DNA from: Minisyncoccota bacterium
GTDB taxonomy: Bacteria; Patescibacteriota; Minisyncoccia; RBG-13-40-8-A
Assembly (NCBI GenBank): GCA_035528175.1
Contig: DATKZC010000025.1
Coordinates: 431-64,430, forward strand
DNA: 64,000 bases
Reading direction: 5' to 3'
The notes beneath the pieces were generated by a model, which saw only the letters and a program-made list of their open reading frames with translations, did no database searches and was not told the origin of the DNA. This document shows, piece by piece, positions 19,297 to 27,755 of this stretch. The position numbers and the translations under genes were made by a program. Positions within the stretch are counted from its first letter, which is position 1. Every line of letters starts with the position of its first letter.

Positions 19297-19689
19297 TTAT
19301 TCTTTTTCCTCCTCTACTACTTTGTCCTCTCGATTAGAAGCAAAAATATATGCTTCATGAACCAAGGAACCATTAATCTGTGTATCCTCTGATATTTTGG
19401 TTTCGGATTTAAAGTCTAATAACGCTTGTATTATATGATCTTCTTTTCGAAAAATCCCAATTCGTGCTATGGATTTTCTTTCTTCTGAATCAAGATGACC
19501 ATCTAATAATCCTTTCGTAAATTTAAATATTTCTCCTCTATTTGCTTCTGTAGCCCAAGAAGCACATAATATAACCGTCCATTTGTCTGTTAATTCATCT
19601 ATTTTCATAATCGCAAATAAAACAACATCACCTTTTGAGGCTTTAATCTCGGATAATATCTTCTGAAATTTTTCTGTTATATTTCCCAT
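19297..19689 (-). CDS. Hypothetical protein, partner of the HEPN gene
   Basis: 130-aa ORF overlapping the end of the HEPN ORF by 13 nt. Confidence 0.7.
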   Translation of the reverse strand: MGNITEKFQKILSEIKASKGDVVLFAIMKIDELTDKWTVILCASWATEANRGEIFKFTKGLLDGHLDSEERKSIARIGIFRKEDHIIQALLDFKSETKISEDTQINGSLVHEAYIFASNREDKVVEEEKE

Positions 19690-20117
19690 TGTTTTTTTAT
19701 ACGATTAATTAAATTTTTAAGATTATTATGCACCCTAGCTGTTTTAATCTCATCCCAACCAGGATCTAAAGTATATCTTAATGTAGGCCAATTTCCATGA
19801 AACTCCTGTGTGAATCCTGACCAATCTTCATATAACTCTCCATCGTAGCCCAAAACATCTACCATACCGGATAATATTAATAAGGTTTCAAATTCGTGAG
19901 CTCTAAAAAAGGTAGGTATTTTTTCAGACGAAAAATTTTTTTGAGGACAATCTGGATAATCAGATAAGTGAAGAGTTTTACAAATAACTGCCTTTAGAGC
20001 ACATTCTAATGCATAGCCCATCATATATGCAGCCATGCCCCAATCCTTTGCAGATATAAGTGTATTAATTGTCGTTAATCGAGCATCTGTAATATTGCGA
20101 AGATCTTGTGATGTCAT
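19677..20117 (-). CDS. HEPN domain protein
   Basis: AAYMMGYALECALKAVI, H.FE.LL and W..LRY patterns typical of HEPN. Confidence 0.7.
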   Translation of the reverse strand: MTSQDLRNITDARLTTINTLISAKDWGMAAYMMGYALECALKAVICKTLHLSDYPDCPQKNFSSEKIPTFFRAHEFETLLILSGMVDVLGYDGELYEDWSGFTQEFHGNWPTLRYTLDPGWDEIKTARVHNNLKNLINRIKKQWEI

Positions 20118-20160
20118 TTACTATTATACTATGAATAAATAATAAAGAAAATTGAACCTT

Positions 20161-21702
20161 CTACTTTTTTTTGTCTTCCCCTACTGCTTTTTTGATTGCT
20201 TCACGAATGCCAACAAGGTCAATTTCCGGCTTTTGTTTTTTAATCGGCTGAGATTGAGTATTTGGTTTTTTCTCTCTTTCTTTTTGTAAACAGGACGAAC
20301 AATAAACCGGCCTTACTCCATCTGGTTTAAAAGCAACTTTGGTTTTTTTGCCGCAATCAGAACAAACTGCCTCAAATTTTTTCGCTTCTTCTTCTGTTTC
20401 TGCCACTTCACTCCATCTAGCAATTTTTTCTTCCACTGCTTTTCGCGATATGGTATATCTTTCGCGGGAGAGTTTAATAATTTTATCCTCAAAAGATTTT
20501 TTAGGAACCGTAGATGGAGCCATGGTCTGAGCGCTGAAAGCCCGAGAAGCAACACCATCAATCATTAGTTTTAAATAAATAGTATACTTTGTTAAATTGA
20601 CTAAATCATCGGCAATAAATACTGGCAGAAATTCCCTTTCCAAAAACTCGGCATCATCTGCGCCAACACGGAAAGTAATCAGAGTTCCGACATTGCCGAA
20701 AATCGCATCTCTTACTTTAGTATTTTTGCCTTTATCGCCCATAGAATCTAATTGAGCAACATATTGATGGGCTAAAGTCAGACAGAGATGATATTTTCTG
20801 GCCTCAGAAAGAATGCTCGCAAATGCGTCTGTGGCAAAAGTTTGGAATTCATCAACATAAAGATAAAAATCTTTTCTTTCGTGTTCAAGCACATCCACCC
20901 TACTCATAGCCGCAAGTTGTAATTTGGTTATTACCAAAGCTCCCAACAACTGACTGGCGTCCTCACCAACTCTACCTTTTGAAAGATTGACAATTAAAAT
21001 CTTCCCTTGGTCCATTATCTCCCGCATATCAATTGACGACTTAACTTGTCCGATAATATTCCTGATTAAGGGAGTAGAAATAAATTGCCCGACCTTATTT
21101 TGAATCGGCGCTACTGCTTCTTCCCTGAATCGGTCAGGATATTTGGCAAATTCATTTGTCCAAAACGCTTTTACGCTGGGATCAGTAACCTTTTCCAGAA
21201 CTTTTTGGCGATAATCCTTGTCAGCTAAAAGACGATTAACACCCAAAAGAGTTGAGCCGGGATATTCCAGTAATGATAAAATCGCATTTCTTAAAATATA
21301 TTCCATCCTTGCGCTCCAAACATCAGGCCAGATTTTCTTAAATACGCCCATTAAACCAGAAACAACCAAATGACGGTATTCTGGCTCAACATTCTCCATA
21401 ATATTAAAAGTAATAGGATATTCCAAATCAGCAGGATTGAAATAAATTATATCATTCACCCTGTTAGACGGAACAAAATCAAGCATTGTTTCCGCAAAAT
21501 CTCCATGCGGATCAACAATTGCTACGCCATGCCCATTTTGGATATCTTGAATTGCCATATTTTTCAGAAGTTCTGATTTCCCTGTACCGGTTTTACCAAC
21601 GACATAGACATGCTGGCGCCTGTCTTTTGTTTTTATGCCAAATTTTGTCCGTTTGTTGCGGAAATTTGTTTCGCCTAAAATTGTTATTTCGTTTTCAATC
21701 AT
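20161..21702 (-). CDS. VirD4/TraD-like ATPase with a C-terminal CxxC-x17-CxxC zinc finger
   Basis: GKTGTGKS, DPHGD, LYVDEFQTF, CSDC...CSSC. Confidence 0.85.
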   Translation of the reverse strand: MIENEITILGETNFRNKRTKFGIKTKDRRQHVYVVGKTGTGKSELLKNMAIQDIQNGHGVAIVDPHGDFAETMLDFVPSNRVNDIIYFNPADLEYPITFNIMENVEPEYRHLVVSGLMGVFKKIWPDVWSARMEYILRNAILSLLEYPGSTLLGVNRLLADKDYRQKVLEKVTDPSVKAFWTNEFAKYPDRFREEAVAPIQNKVGQFISTPLIRNIIGQVKSSIDMREIMDQGKILIVNLSKGRVGEDASQLLGALVITKLQLAAMSRVDVLEHERKDFYLYVDEFQTFATDAFASILSEARKYHLCLTLAHQYVAQLDSMGDKGKNTKVRDAIFGNVGTLITFRVGADDAEFLEREFLPVFIADDLVNLTKYTIYLKLMIDGVASRAFSAQTMAPSTVPKKSFEDKIIKLSRERYTISRKAVEEKIARWSEVAETEEEAKKFEAVCSDCGKKTKVAFKPDGVRPVYCSSCLQKEREKKPNTQSQPIKKQKPEIDLVGIREAIKKAVGEDKKK

Positions 21703-21703
21703 A

Positions 21704-22993
21704 TTATTGGACTATAGGAAGCTCGCTGGGCGGTCCGCCTTTCTTGGCTTCAATCTTAGATAATCTTTCAGCTTCAACAAACTTCCCAGGAAGATGGAAA
21801 ATTGTTGCCAGTTCCTCAATATTAAAAACAAATCCCCTAGTTTTGAGCTTATGAAACGGAAAAAATCTTTTCTTGAAAATACCCACAAAAAATCTTCTCT
21901 GTCCCGGCTCTCTTTTTCTTTTAAAGATTTTCCCCCTTCCAGGAGTGGATTTTTTATTGATTTTAAAACCATTTAGATTTTGGGTATTAAATTGTCTGAA
22001 AAATCCAGCTACTACTGTTGGCTTGTCCTTGGAAAAAAGATCTTTAGGCGCCCAATACATAAATCTTATCATTGTTTTAAATCCTATTTTTCCAATATTC
22101 CTTTCAATTGCCAAAACAACTTCTTTCTGACCTGGGGTTAAAAACGGCATAACTTTTTCGACTTTCTTTTCCCCGCCAACAGCACCCTCCTCGCCCCCCA
22201 AGCCAAAAAATCTTGCAATACCCTGACCCAACGCTTCAAGCCAGCTTCTAGCTTCTTCCACTATCATTAATCCTTTCTTGCTTTCTTTTACTTCTTTGCC
22301 AATTATATTTCCAACCAAATTTTCCCCATCTTTTATCCATTGTTTATCGGTAACTGGACTGATTGGGCTGATTAAGATATGAATGGCAATGCTTTCTTTC
22401 GGATTCAAGCTGCTTAAAAATTCAAAAAGTCCGGCAATGGGGTCAGTTCTTTCTTCTGCTTCTTTTTCCTCAAAAAACACCGGATAAGTCCTAATAGGAT
22501 AAGCATCCTGCTTGGTTAAAATCAATTCTGTGCCCCAGGCATCAAAATCCGCGGTCGGAGTGCCGGGCGGAATACTGTTTATATAATCCTCCGCATCTAT
22601 TATTTCTGCTTGTGGGTATTGGGCGTAAAGATGTGATTCAACAAGATTTCTGTATTTTGCTTCGGTTCTGATATAAAAATGGATCTCCCCGCCATGCCCA
22701 AGCATTTCAATGCTAAACCATGGAGGAAGGTCGCCTTTTATATATTTCTCTTTAAATTTTCTCCCCTTTTCAGCAGCGTGCAAGCCAGCAAAAAACTGCT
22801 CCATGGCTTTCGGCGTTTTAATTAGATCTCTAGGAAATTTTACTTCCAAAATAATCCATTCCAAACCTCGTATATATTTAACAATAAGATAATTCACCCA
22901 GAGATGCTTTAAGAATAAAAAAAGAGCTATTGGTGCGATAATCCACCAATAACTCACAAATATATCCCTATAAATATTAAGGATTTCAGTCAT
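21704..22993 (-). CDS. Membrane-anchored partner of the VirD4-like ATPase
   Basis: Shares motifs with the N-terminal half of 11076-13529 (MEQF, YPxA, PIxTY, QF..NLN, EExAxIFHxP). Confidence 0.75.
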   Translation of the reverse strand: MTEILNIYRDIFVSYWWIIAPIALFLFLKHLWVNYLIVKYIRGLEWIILEVKFPRDLIKTPKAMEQFFAGLHAAEKGRKFKEKYIKGDLPPWFSIEMLGHGGEIHFYIRTEAKYRNLVESHLYAQYPQAEIIDAEDYINSIPPGTPTADFDAWGTELILTKQDAYPIRTYPVFFEEKEAEERTDPIAGLFEFLSSLNPKESIAIHILISPISPVTDKQWIKDGENLVGNIIGKEVKESKKGLMIVEEARSWLEALGQGIARFFGLGGEEGAVGGEKKVEKVMPFLTPGQKEVVLAIERNIGKIGFKTMIRFMYWAPKDLFSKDKPTVVAGFFRQFNTQNLNGFKINKKSTPGRGKIFKRKREPGQRRFFVGIFKKRFFPFHKLKTRGFVFNIEELATIFHLPGKFVEAERLSKIEAKKGGPPSELPIVQ

Positions 22994-23025
22994 GAAATAG
23001 TTAAATTGCTTGTTTTAAGGCTGTT

Positions 23026-24066
23026 TTAAGCTAAAATATATTTTCCATTTTCCAATCTCTTTACTTTTGGAGATCGGTGAAGGTTCAAAATGATTGTATT
23101 TGGCCTCACCTGCCGTTTTGCCAGAACAGAATCAATAATTTCTTTCCTGGTTAACGGTTTTTTGTTTTCAACTAAAGTCTTTTGAATCACTTCCTCCACT
23201 GTTCCCGATTCATAACCCCAATCAGTAAGAGCATAGGTTCCTCTTCCTACTAAAATAAATCTTGGGTCTTTTATTAATTCATTATGAACAGTCTGAGTAT
23301 AAGCCGGCTTATCTACGAATATCTTATTTATCAACTCAGTAATAGCAGTAAAATGGCGAGGTTCGCCTTCTTTTTTAAGGATTAAATAGGCGCGGTCTTT
23401 TACTCCCTGCGGAGAAATCTCCGGCCAATAATTTAAACCAATTTCTCCGAAAATATTTTTGTTAATTTCTCTAGAGATTTCCAAAACAACAGAAAACATT
23501 TTTGGGGGAATATTGGAATGCTTCCTGGAAAGTAAATCAAAAACTTCTGATTCATGAAAAACTTTATCGTGCTTCTTAAAATGGTCAATTAAAAAATCAA
23601 TAATTTCCTTGGCTTTCTGACGGGCAGATTTGTGAGCAACCCAGTAAGGATGGAATTTTTCATCTCTGGCTATTCTTTCGAACGGCTCGCCCAATGTCAA
23701 TGCTAAATAAATATAACCCCTTGAAGTATGGGGTTCGGTTGTTCCAGTTGCAGCATGATACAAATAATTCTCCCCCATAATATGGCCGTGCGCGAAAAAT
23801 AAATCATTCAAATAATCGAAAGCTGCCTCAAAAAATGGCAGAACTTTTTCTGATTTAAGAATTTTTATCCCATTTTCTTCTAATTGCCTAACTCTTTCCC
23901 TGGTTATACCATGGTTTTGGCCAATAGCTTCCAGGGTTTCGCTTTTACCGTTCTTTAACCCAAATCGACGCTCAATAACCTCTCTGACCCTCGGGTTGCT
24001 CAAATATAAAAGCGCCTTTTCTATTTTTTTAGAAATATCTTTAGAAATTGTTGATTTCTTGTTCAT
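23026..24066 (-). CDS. Sigma70 region-4 HTH fused to winged-helix domains (RNAP delta/HARE-HTH-like)
   Basis: RRFGL..ETLEAIG...ITRERVRQ; HF..I, QTVHNELI..PRFILVGRGTYAL. Confidence 0.78.
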   Translation of the reverse strand: MNKKSTISKDISKKIEKALLYLSNPRVREVIERRFGLKNGKSETLEAIGQNHGITRERVRQLEENGIKILKSEKVLPFFEAAFDYLNDLFFAHGHIMGENYLYHAATGTTEPHTSRGYIYLALTLGEPFERIARDEKFHPYWVAHKSARQKAKEIIDFLIDHFKKHDKVFHESEVFDLLSRKHSNIPPKMFSVVLEISREINKNIFGEIGLNYWPEISPQGVKDRAYLILKKEGEPRHFTAITELINKIFVDKPAYTQTVHNELIKDPRFILVGRGTYALTDWGYESGTVEEVIQKTLVENKKPLTRKEIIDSVLAKRQVRPNTIILNLHRSPKVKRLENGKYILA

Positions 24067-24111
24067 ATGTTTATTCTTATAAGATTAATATACTACATTA
24101 AAAATTGTCTG

Positions 24112-25014
24112 TCAAGAACCAATTCTTTTTCTACCCCAACTTATCAATAAAGCGCTAGCAATGAAAAGCGAAGTATATGTCCCTACAACAATTCCGATTA
24201 TCAATGTCAATGAAAAATATTTCAGCGTTTCGCCTCCTAAAAAGAATATAGAAAAAAGAACCAAAAGCGTGCAAAAACCAGTACTAAGCGAACGGCTAAT
24301 TACCTGATTCAAGCTTTGATTTATTGTCCCAGCAAAATCTTCCGACCTTGTTCTTAAAATATTTTCTCTTACCCTATCAAAAACAATTACCTTATCATTC
24401 ATGGTATAACCCAAAATAGTAAGCAAAGCAGCCACAATCGGTATATTAAATTGAACATTATTGAATTTTCCGAGCAAAATCAAAACAAAAACCGGAATAA
24501 TAACATCAATTGCCAGGGTAATAATCGAAACCAGCCCGTATTGCCAGCCGCTGATTGGCCAGGAAAGCTTTCTGAACGCAACAGCAATATAAATAAGCAA
24601 TGAAATCAAGGAAATGACTATCAGGGTAATTGTTTTGTTGCGCAGCTCCTTACCTATTGTCGGGCCAATACTCTCAAATCTTCCTTCCTCAACTTTTGAA
24701 ATTTCATTCAAACTGGATAACATCTGCTGATGGACATTTTCATCAATATCTTTAAATCTCAAAATAATGCCTTTTTCTCCTGTTGGCTGTATAATAATTT
24801 CACCTAAATCAAATTTATTTAATTTTTCCTGAATAATAGCATTATCCGGCCTATTCTCAAATTGAAATTCCCAAATTGTCCCACCCAAAAAATCAATTCC
24901 AAGATTCAATCCCAAAATAAATAGACAGGCTATGCTGGCAATAATAAGAATACTAATCAAGAAGTAATGTATTTTATAATATTTTACAAAGGGAAAATTC
25001 ATATTTATAGCCAA
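24112..25014 (-). CDS. secF: Protein translocase subunit SecF
   Basis: LGIDFLGGT, IGPTIG.EL, GY..ND..IVFDRVREN, GTYTS. Confidence 0.95.
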   Translation of the reverse strand: MAINMNFPFVKYYKIHYFLISILIIASIACLFILGLNLGIDFLGGTIWEFQFENRPDNAIIQEKLNKFDLGEIIIQPTGEKGIILRFKDIDENVHQQMLSSLNEISKVEEGRFESIGPTIGKELRNKTITLIVISLISLLIYIAVAFRKLSWPISGWQYGLVSIITLAIDVIIPVFVLILLGKFNNVQFNIPIVAALLTILGYTMNDKVIVFDRVRENILRTRSEDFAGTINQSLNQVISRSLSTGFCTLLVLFSIFFLGGETLKYFSLTLIIGIVVGTYTSLFIASALLISWGRKRIGS

Positions 25015-26354
25015 AGCTTTTTAATTTTCTCTCCATTTATGCTGAAGAAAAACTTAATTAAATAATTGGTGATTACGATTGCTGAAAACATGTTCACTAA
25101 ATTACCAACAACCAAAGTAAGGGCGAATCCTTTAACAAAACTAGTGCCGAAAATAAATAAAATCAAACCAACCAAGATGGTGGTAAAATTTCCGTCCCTA
25201 ATCGAAGGCCATGCTCTCTTAACGCCATTAGTCAAAGCATCCAGATAATTCCTTCCATTCTTTAATTCCTCTTTAGTTCTAGAAAATATCAAAATGTTGG
25301 CATCAACAGCCATGCCCATTGAAAGCAAAAAACCAGCAATGCCAGCTAGAGTAAGAGTTACTGGCACTAATTTAAAAACAGCCAAAAGCAATAGAACATA
25401 AATTATCAGAGAAATGGAAGCAAAAAATCCGCTCAAGCGGTAGGAAATAATCATAAATAAGAGTATTGCCAAAAATCCGATTATTCCCGCTTTCAAACTC
25501 TTGGTCAGAGAATCGTGCCCTAAAGAAGCTCCGATGCTCTGCTGACCGATTAAGTTAATCGGCACTGGCAAGGCTCCGGTATTTAATCTTTCAGCCAATT
25601 GCTTAGCTTCTTTCTGGGTAAATTGTCCGCTAATCTGAGCTTTGCCGCTCGGAATTTCTTCATTCACAACCGGAATACTGATTGGCGCCCCATCCAGATA
25701 AATAGCTAATCTTTTGCCTATGTTTTTCTTGGTCAAATCAGCAAAAATTTTCGCACCTTCATTATCAAACTCCAAAGTGACATATGGCTGATAAGTAGTC
25801 TGATCAAATTCCAATTGTGCGCTTTTCAAAAATCTGCCGGTCAAAGAAGTATTTGTAAAATCTGTTCCATCTGCATTTTCTTCTTTAAATTCCAGATACG
25901 GAGTTCCACCAATCATTTCAATTGCTTCAGCGACATCTCTAACTCCAGGCAGTTCTATAATCAGACGGTTGGAGTCCCCTACTTTATTAATCTGGACTAA
26001 TGGCTCGGCAACGCCGAATAGATTCACCCTCCTTTCAATTAAATCTCTAATTCCGTCCATAGATGAATCTCTATCTATCTCTCCTATTCCAGCAAGGTTC
26101 GCTTCATAAACTAAATGCGTCCCGCCTTGTAAATCCAGTCCTAATCTGAATGGTAATTTGTAAAACTCTGGAAGATTGAATCCAATTTGAGAATTCACCC
26201 AATTGACTGCCTTATCCCATAATACTGGATAATCCAGGGAGCCAGCTAAAACAAGTAAAATAAAAATCCCCAGCACAATCAGCCGGATTTTACTTTTTTC
26301 TTTGGCCGCATAATTCCCCTTTTCAACTGTTTGTTTTCTGTCTATAAAAGCCAT
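25005..26354 (-). CDS. secD: Protein translocase subunit SecD
   Basis: LGLDLQGG, RVNLFGVAEP, GALPVP, GMAVDANILI. Confidence 0.96.
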   Translation of the reverse strand: MAFIDRKQTVEKGNYAAKEKSKIRLIVLGIFILLVLAGSLDYPVLWDKAVNWVNSQIGFNLPEFYKLPFRLGLDLQGGTHLVYEANLAGIGEIDRDSSMDGIRDLIERRVNLFGVAEPLVQINKVGDSNRLIIELPGVRDVAEAIEMIGGTPYLEFKEENADGTDFTNTSLTGRFLKSAQLEFDQTTYQPYVTLEFDNEGAKIFADLTKKNIGKRLAIYLDGAPISIPVVNEEIPSGKAQISGQFTQKEAKQLAERLNTGALPVPINLIGQQSIGASLGHDSLTKSLKAGIIGFLAILLFMIISYRLSGFFASISLIIYVLLLLAVFKLVPVTLTLAGIAGFLLSMGMAVDANILIFSRTKEELKNGRNYLDALTNGVKRAWPSIRDGNFTTILVGLILFIFGTSFVKGFALTLVVGNLVNMFSAIVITNYLIKFFFSINGEKIKKLWL

Positions 26355-26400
26355 GAAATTTTATTGTAAAGCAAAAAATTATTTTTGTAAAGTTTCGCAT

Positions 26401-27327
26401 TTATTTTCCGCGACGCTTCTTCTCAATGAAATAATCTCTCATTAATATTGCTCCTTCATCCTGCGTATCTTTGGCTTCACAAATTACAACAGGATTCAAA
26501 CCTCTTTTTAAGATAGCGTCAATAAAGGGTTCGACCTGAGGATAATATCTATCATCATTATAATAGTCATCTTTTGAAAAAGCTAATTGATTACCTTTTG
26601 TTTTATCAGAAAATGCCTTATGACCCTTCTCTCCGGTATGATCTATTCCTACTGGATACATATGAAAATGACATTGTTTTAACATTTTCTTGCCCAAATG
26701 TTTTTCAATAGTGTCAAAAATGTTCAATATGTCTTCGGGAGCTTTTAAAATTCCTCCTTCGCGTGCATGCAAGTGTGCCAGATCTAGACAAGGTCTTGCA
26801 AAGTTGACCTTGTTACAAATTTCTATAATCTCCATTAACGACCCTAATTGATTTACCTTGCCTGATATTTCAGGATATATCTTAATTTTTTCTGTCGGCA
26901 AGTCGTCCTTAATTTCATTTAGATTTTGAATAAGTTTATCTAGTCCTGCTTTTCTATCATTATCAGAAGTGCCTGGAAAGTGTCCTGGATGAAAAATTAT
27001 TCTCTGCGAGTTTATTAGTTCTGCCAGATGAAATGCTTTTTTAATTCTCTCTTGGGATCTTTTTACTATTTCTTTGTCCTTGCTTGCAAGAGTAATGTAA
27101 TAAGGGGCATGAATTGAAATTCCAATTTTATATCGCGAGGCTAATTCTCTATATTTAATAGCTTGCTCATCAGGCATCTTAATTCCGTAAGTATTCTGTA
27201 ATTCAATCCAATTCAAACCAAGAAAATTTAACCATTGAAAAATATTTTCTCGCTTATTTTTAAAATCACTTTTAAAAAAATTCGGGGGGAAACCAGCAAC
27301 GCCAAATTTAACTTCGGGTTCAGGCAT
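26401..27327 (-). CDS. AP endonuclease 2 (endonuclease IV-like) TIM-barrel protein
   Basis: HAPYYI, FHPG, E..GK..QLG, DLAHLHAR, HFH, E..H, ICE. Confidence 0.8.
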   Translation of the reverse strand: MPEPEVKFGVAGFPPNFFKSDFKNKRENIFQWLNFLGLNWIELQNTYGIKMPDEQAIKYRELASRYKIGISIHAPYYITLASKDKEIVKRSQERIKKAFHLAELINSQRIIFHPGHFPGTSDNDRKAGLDKLIQNLNEIKDDLPTEKIKIYPEISGKVNQLGSLMEIIEICNKVNFARPCLDLAHLHAREGGILKAPEDILNIFDTIEKHLGKKMLKQCHFHMYPVGIDHTGEKGHKAFSDKTKGNQLAFSKDDYYNDDRYYPQVEPFIDAILKRGLNPVVICEAKDTQDEGAILMRDYFIEKKRRGK

Positions 27328-27353
27328 ATTTATAACAATTTATTTTGCATTTT

Positions 27354-27563
27354 TTATTTCTTGATATAATCAAATCTCGGGATTTTTTTGCCATCTATTT
27401 CAACTTCTTCCAAAAACATTTTTAAAGGGCGTACCCAAATCTGATTGTCGCCATATAATGCCCGATACATAACCATATCTTCTTGCGTTTCACTATGCTT
27501 GGCTATACCAATCACCTCGTATTCATTTCCTTTATAATGTTTATATTTCCCTAATTTAATCAT
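27354..27563 (-). CDS. DUF1653 domain protein
   Basis: YKHYKG..YEV...AKHSET...V.YRALYG...WVRP..MF. Confidence 0.9.
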   Translation of the reverse strand: MIKLGKYKHYKGNEYEVIGIAKHSETQEDMVMYRALYGDNQIWVRPLKMFLEEVEIDGKKIPRFDYIKK

Positions 27564-27605
27564 ATTATTTTTGCTACAATATTTTTATTCCTCTTAGCTC
27601 GAAAT

Positions 27606-27634
27606 TTGACAATTATTCAAGATGGGATTAATAT
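27606..27634 (+). promoter_or_regulatory. Sigma70-like promoter with no downstream ORF
   Basis: TTGACA-17nt-TAATAT. Confidence 0.6.
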
Positions 27635-27639
27635 AAAAT

Positions 27640-27755
27640 CATTCGTGTCAGCGTAGGACAATGTCCGAATAACGAGGCGTGCGTGAGACGCCTACAAGAG
27701 ATAAAATCTCGGAGACTGACCCTTCAGCCAGTTATTAAAACGCTGGCTTTTTTTT
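27640..27755 (+). ncRNA. Candidate structured small RNA (multi-way junction plus terminator)
   Basis: Closing stem GTCAG/CTGAC encloses hairpins GGAC/GTCC, AGGCGT/ACGCCT and GAGAT/ATCTC; then AGCCAG/CTGGCT and a T8 run. Confidence 0.6.
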
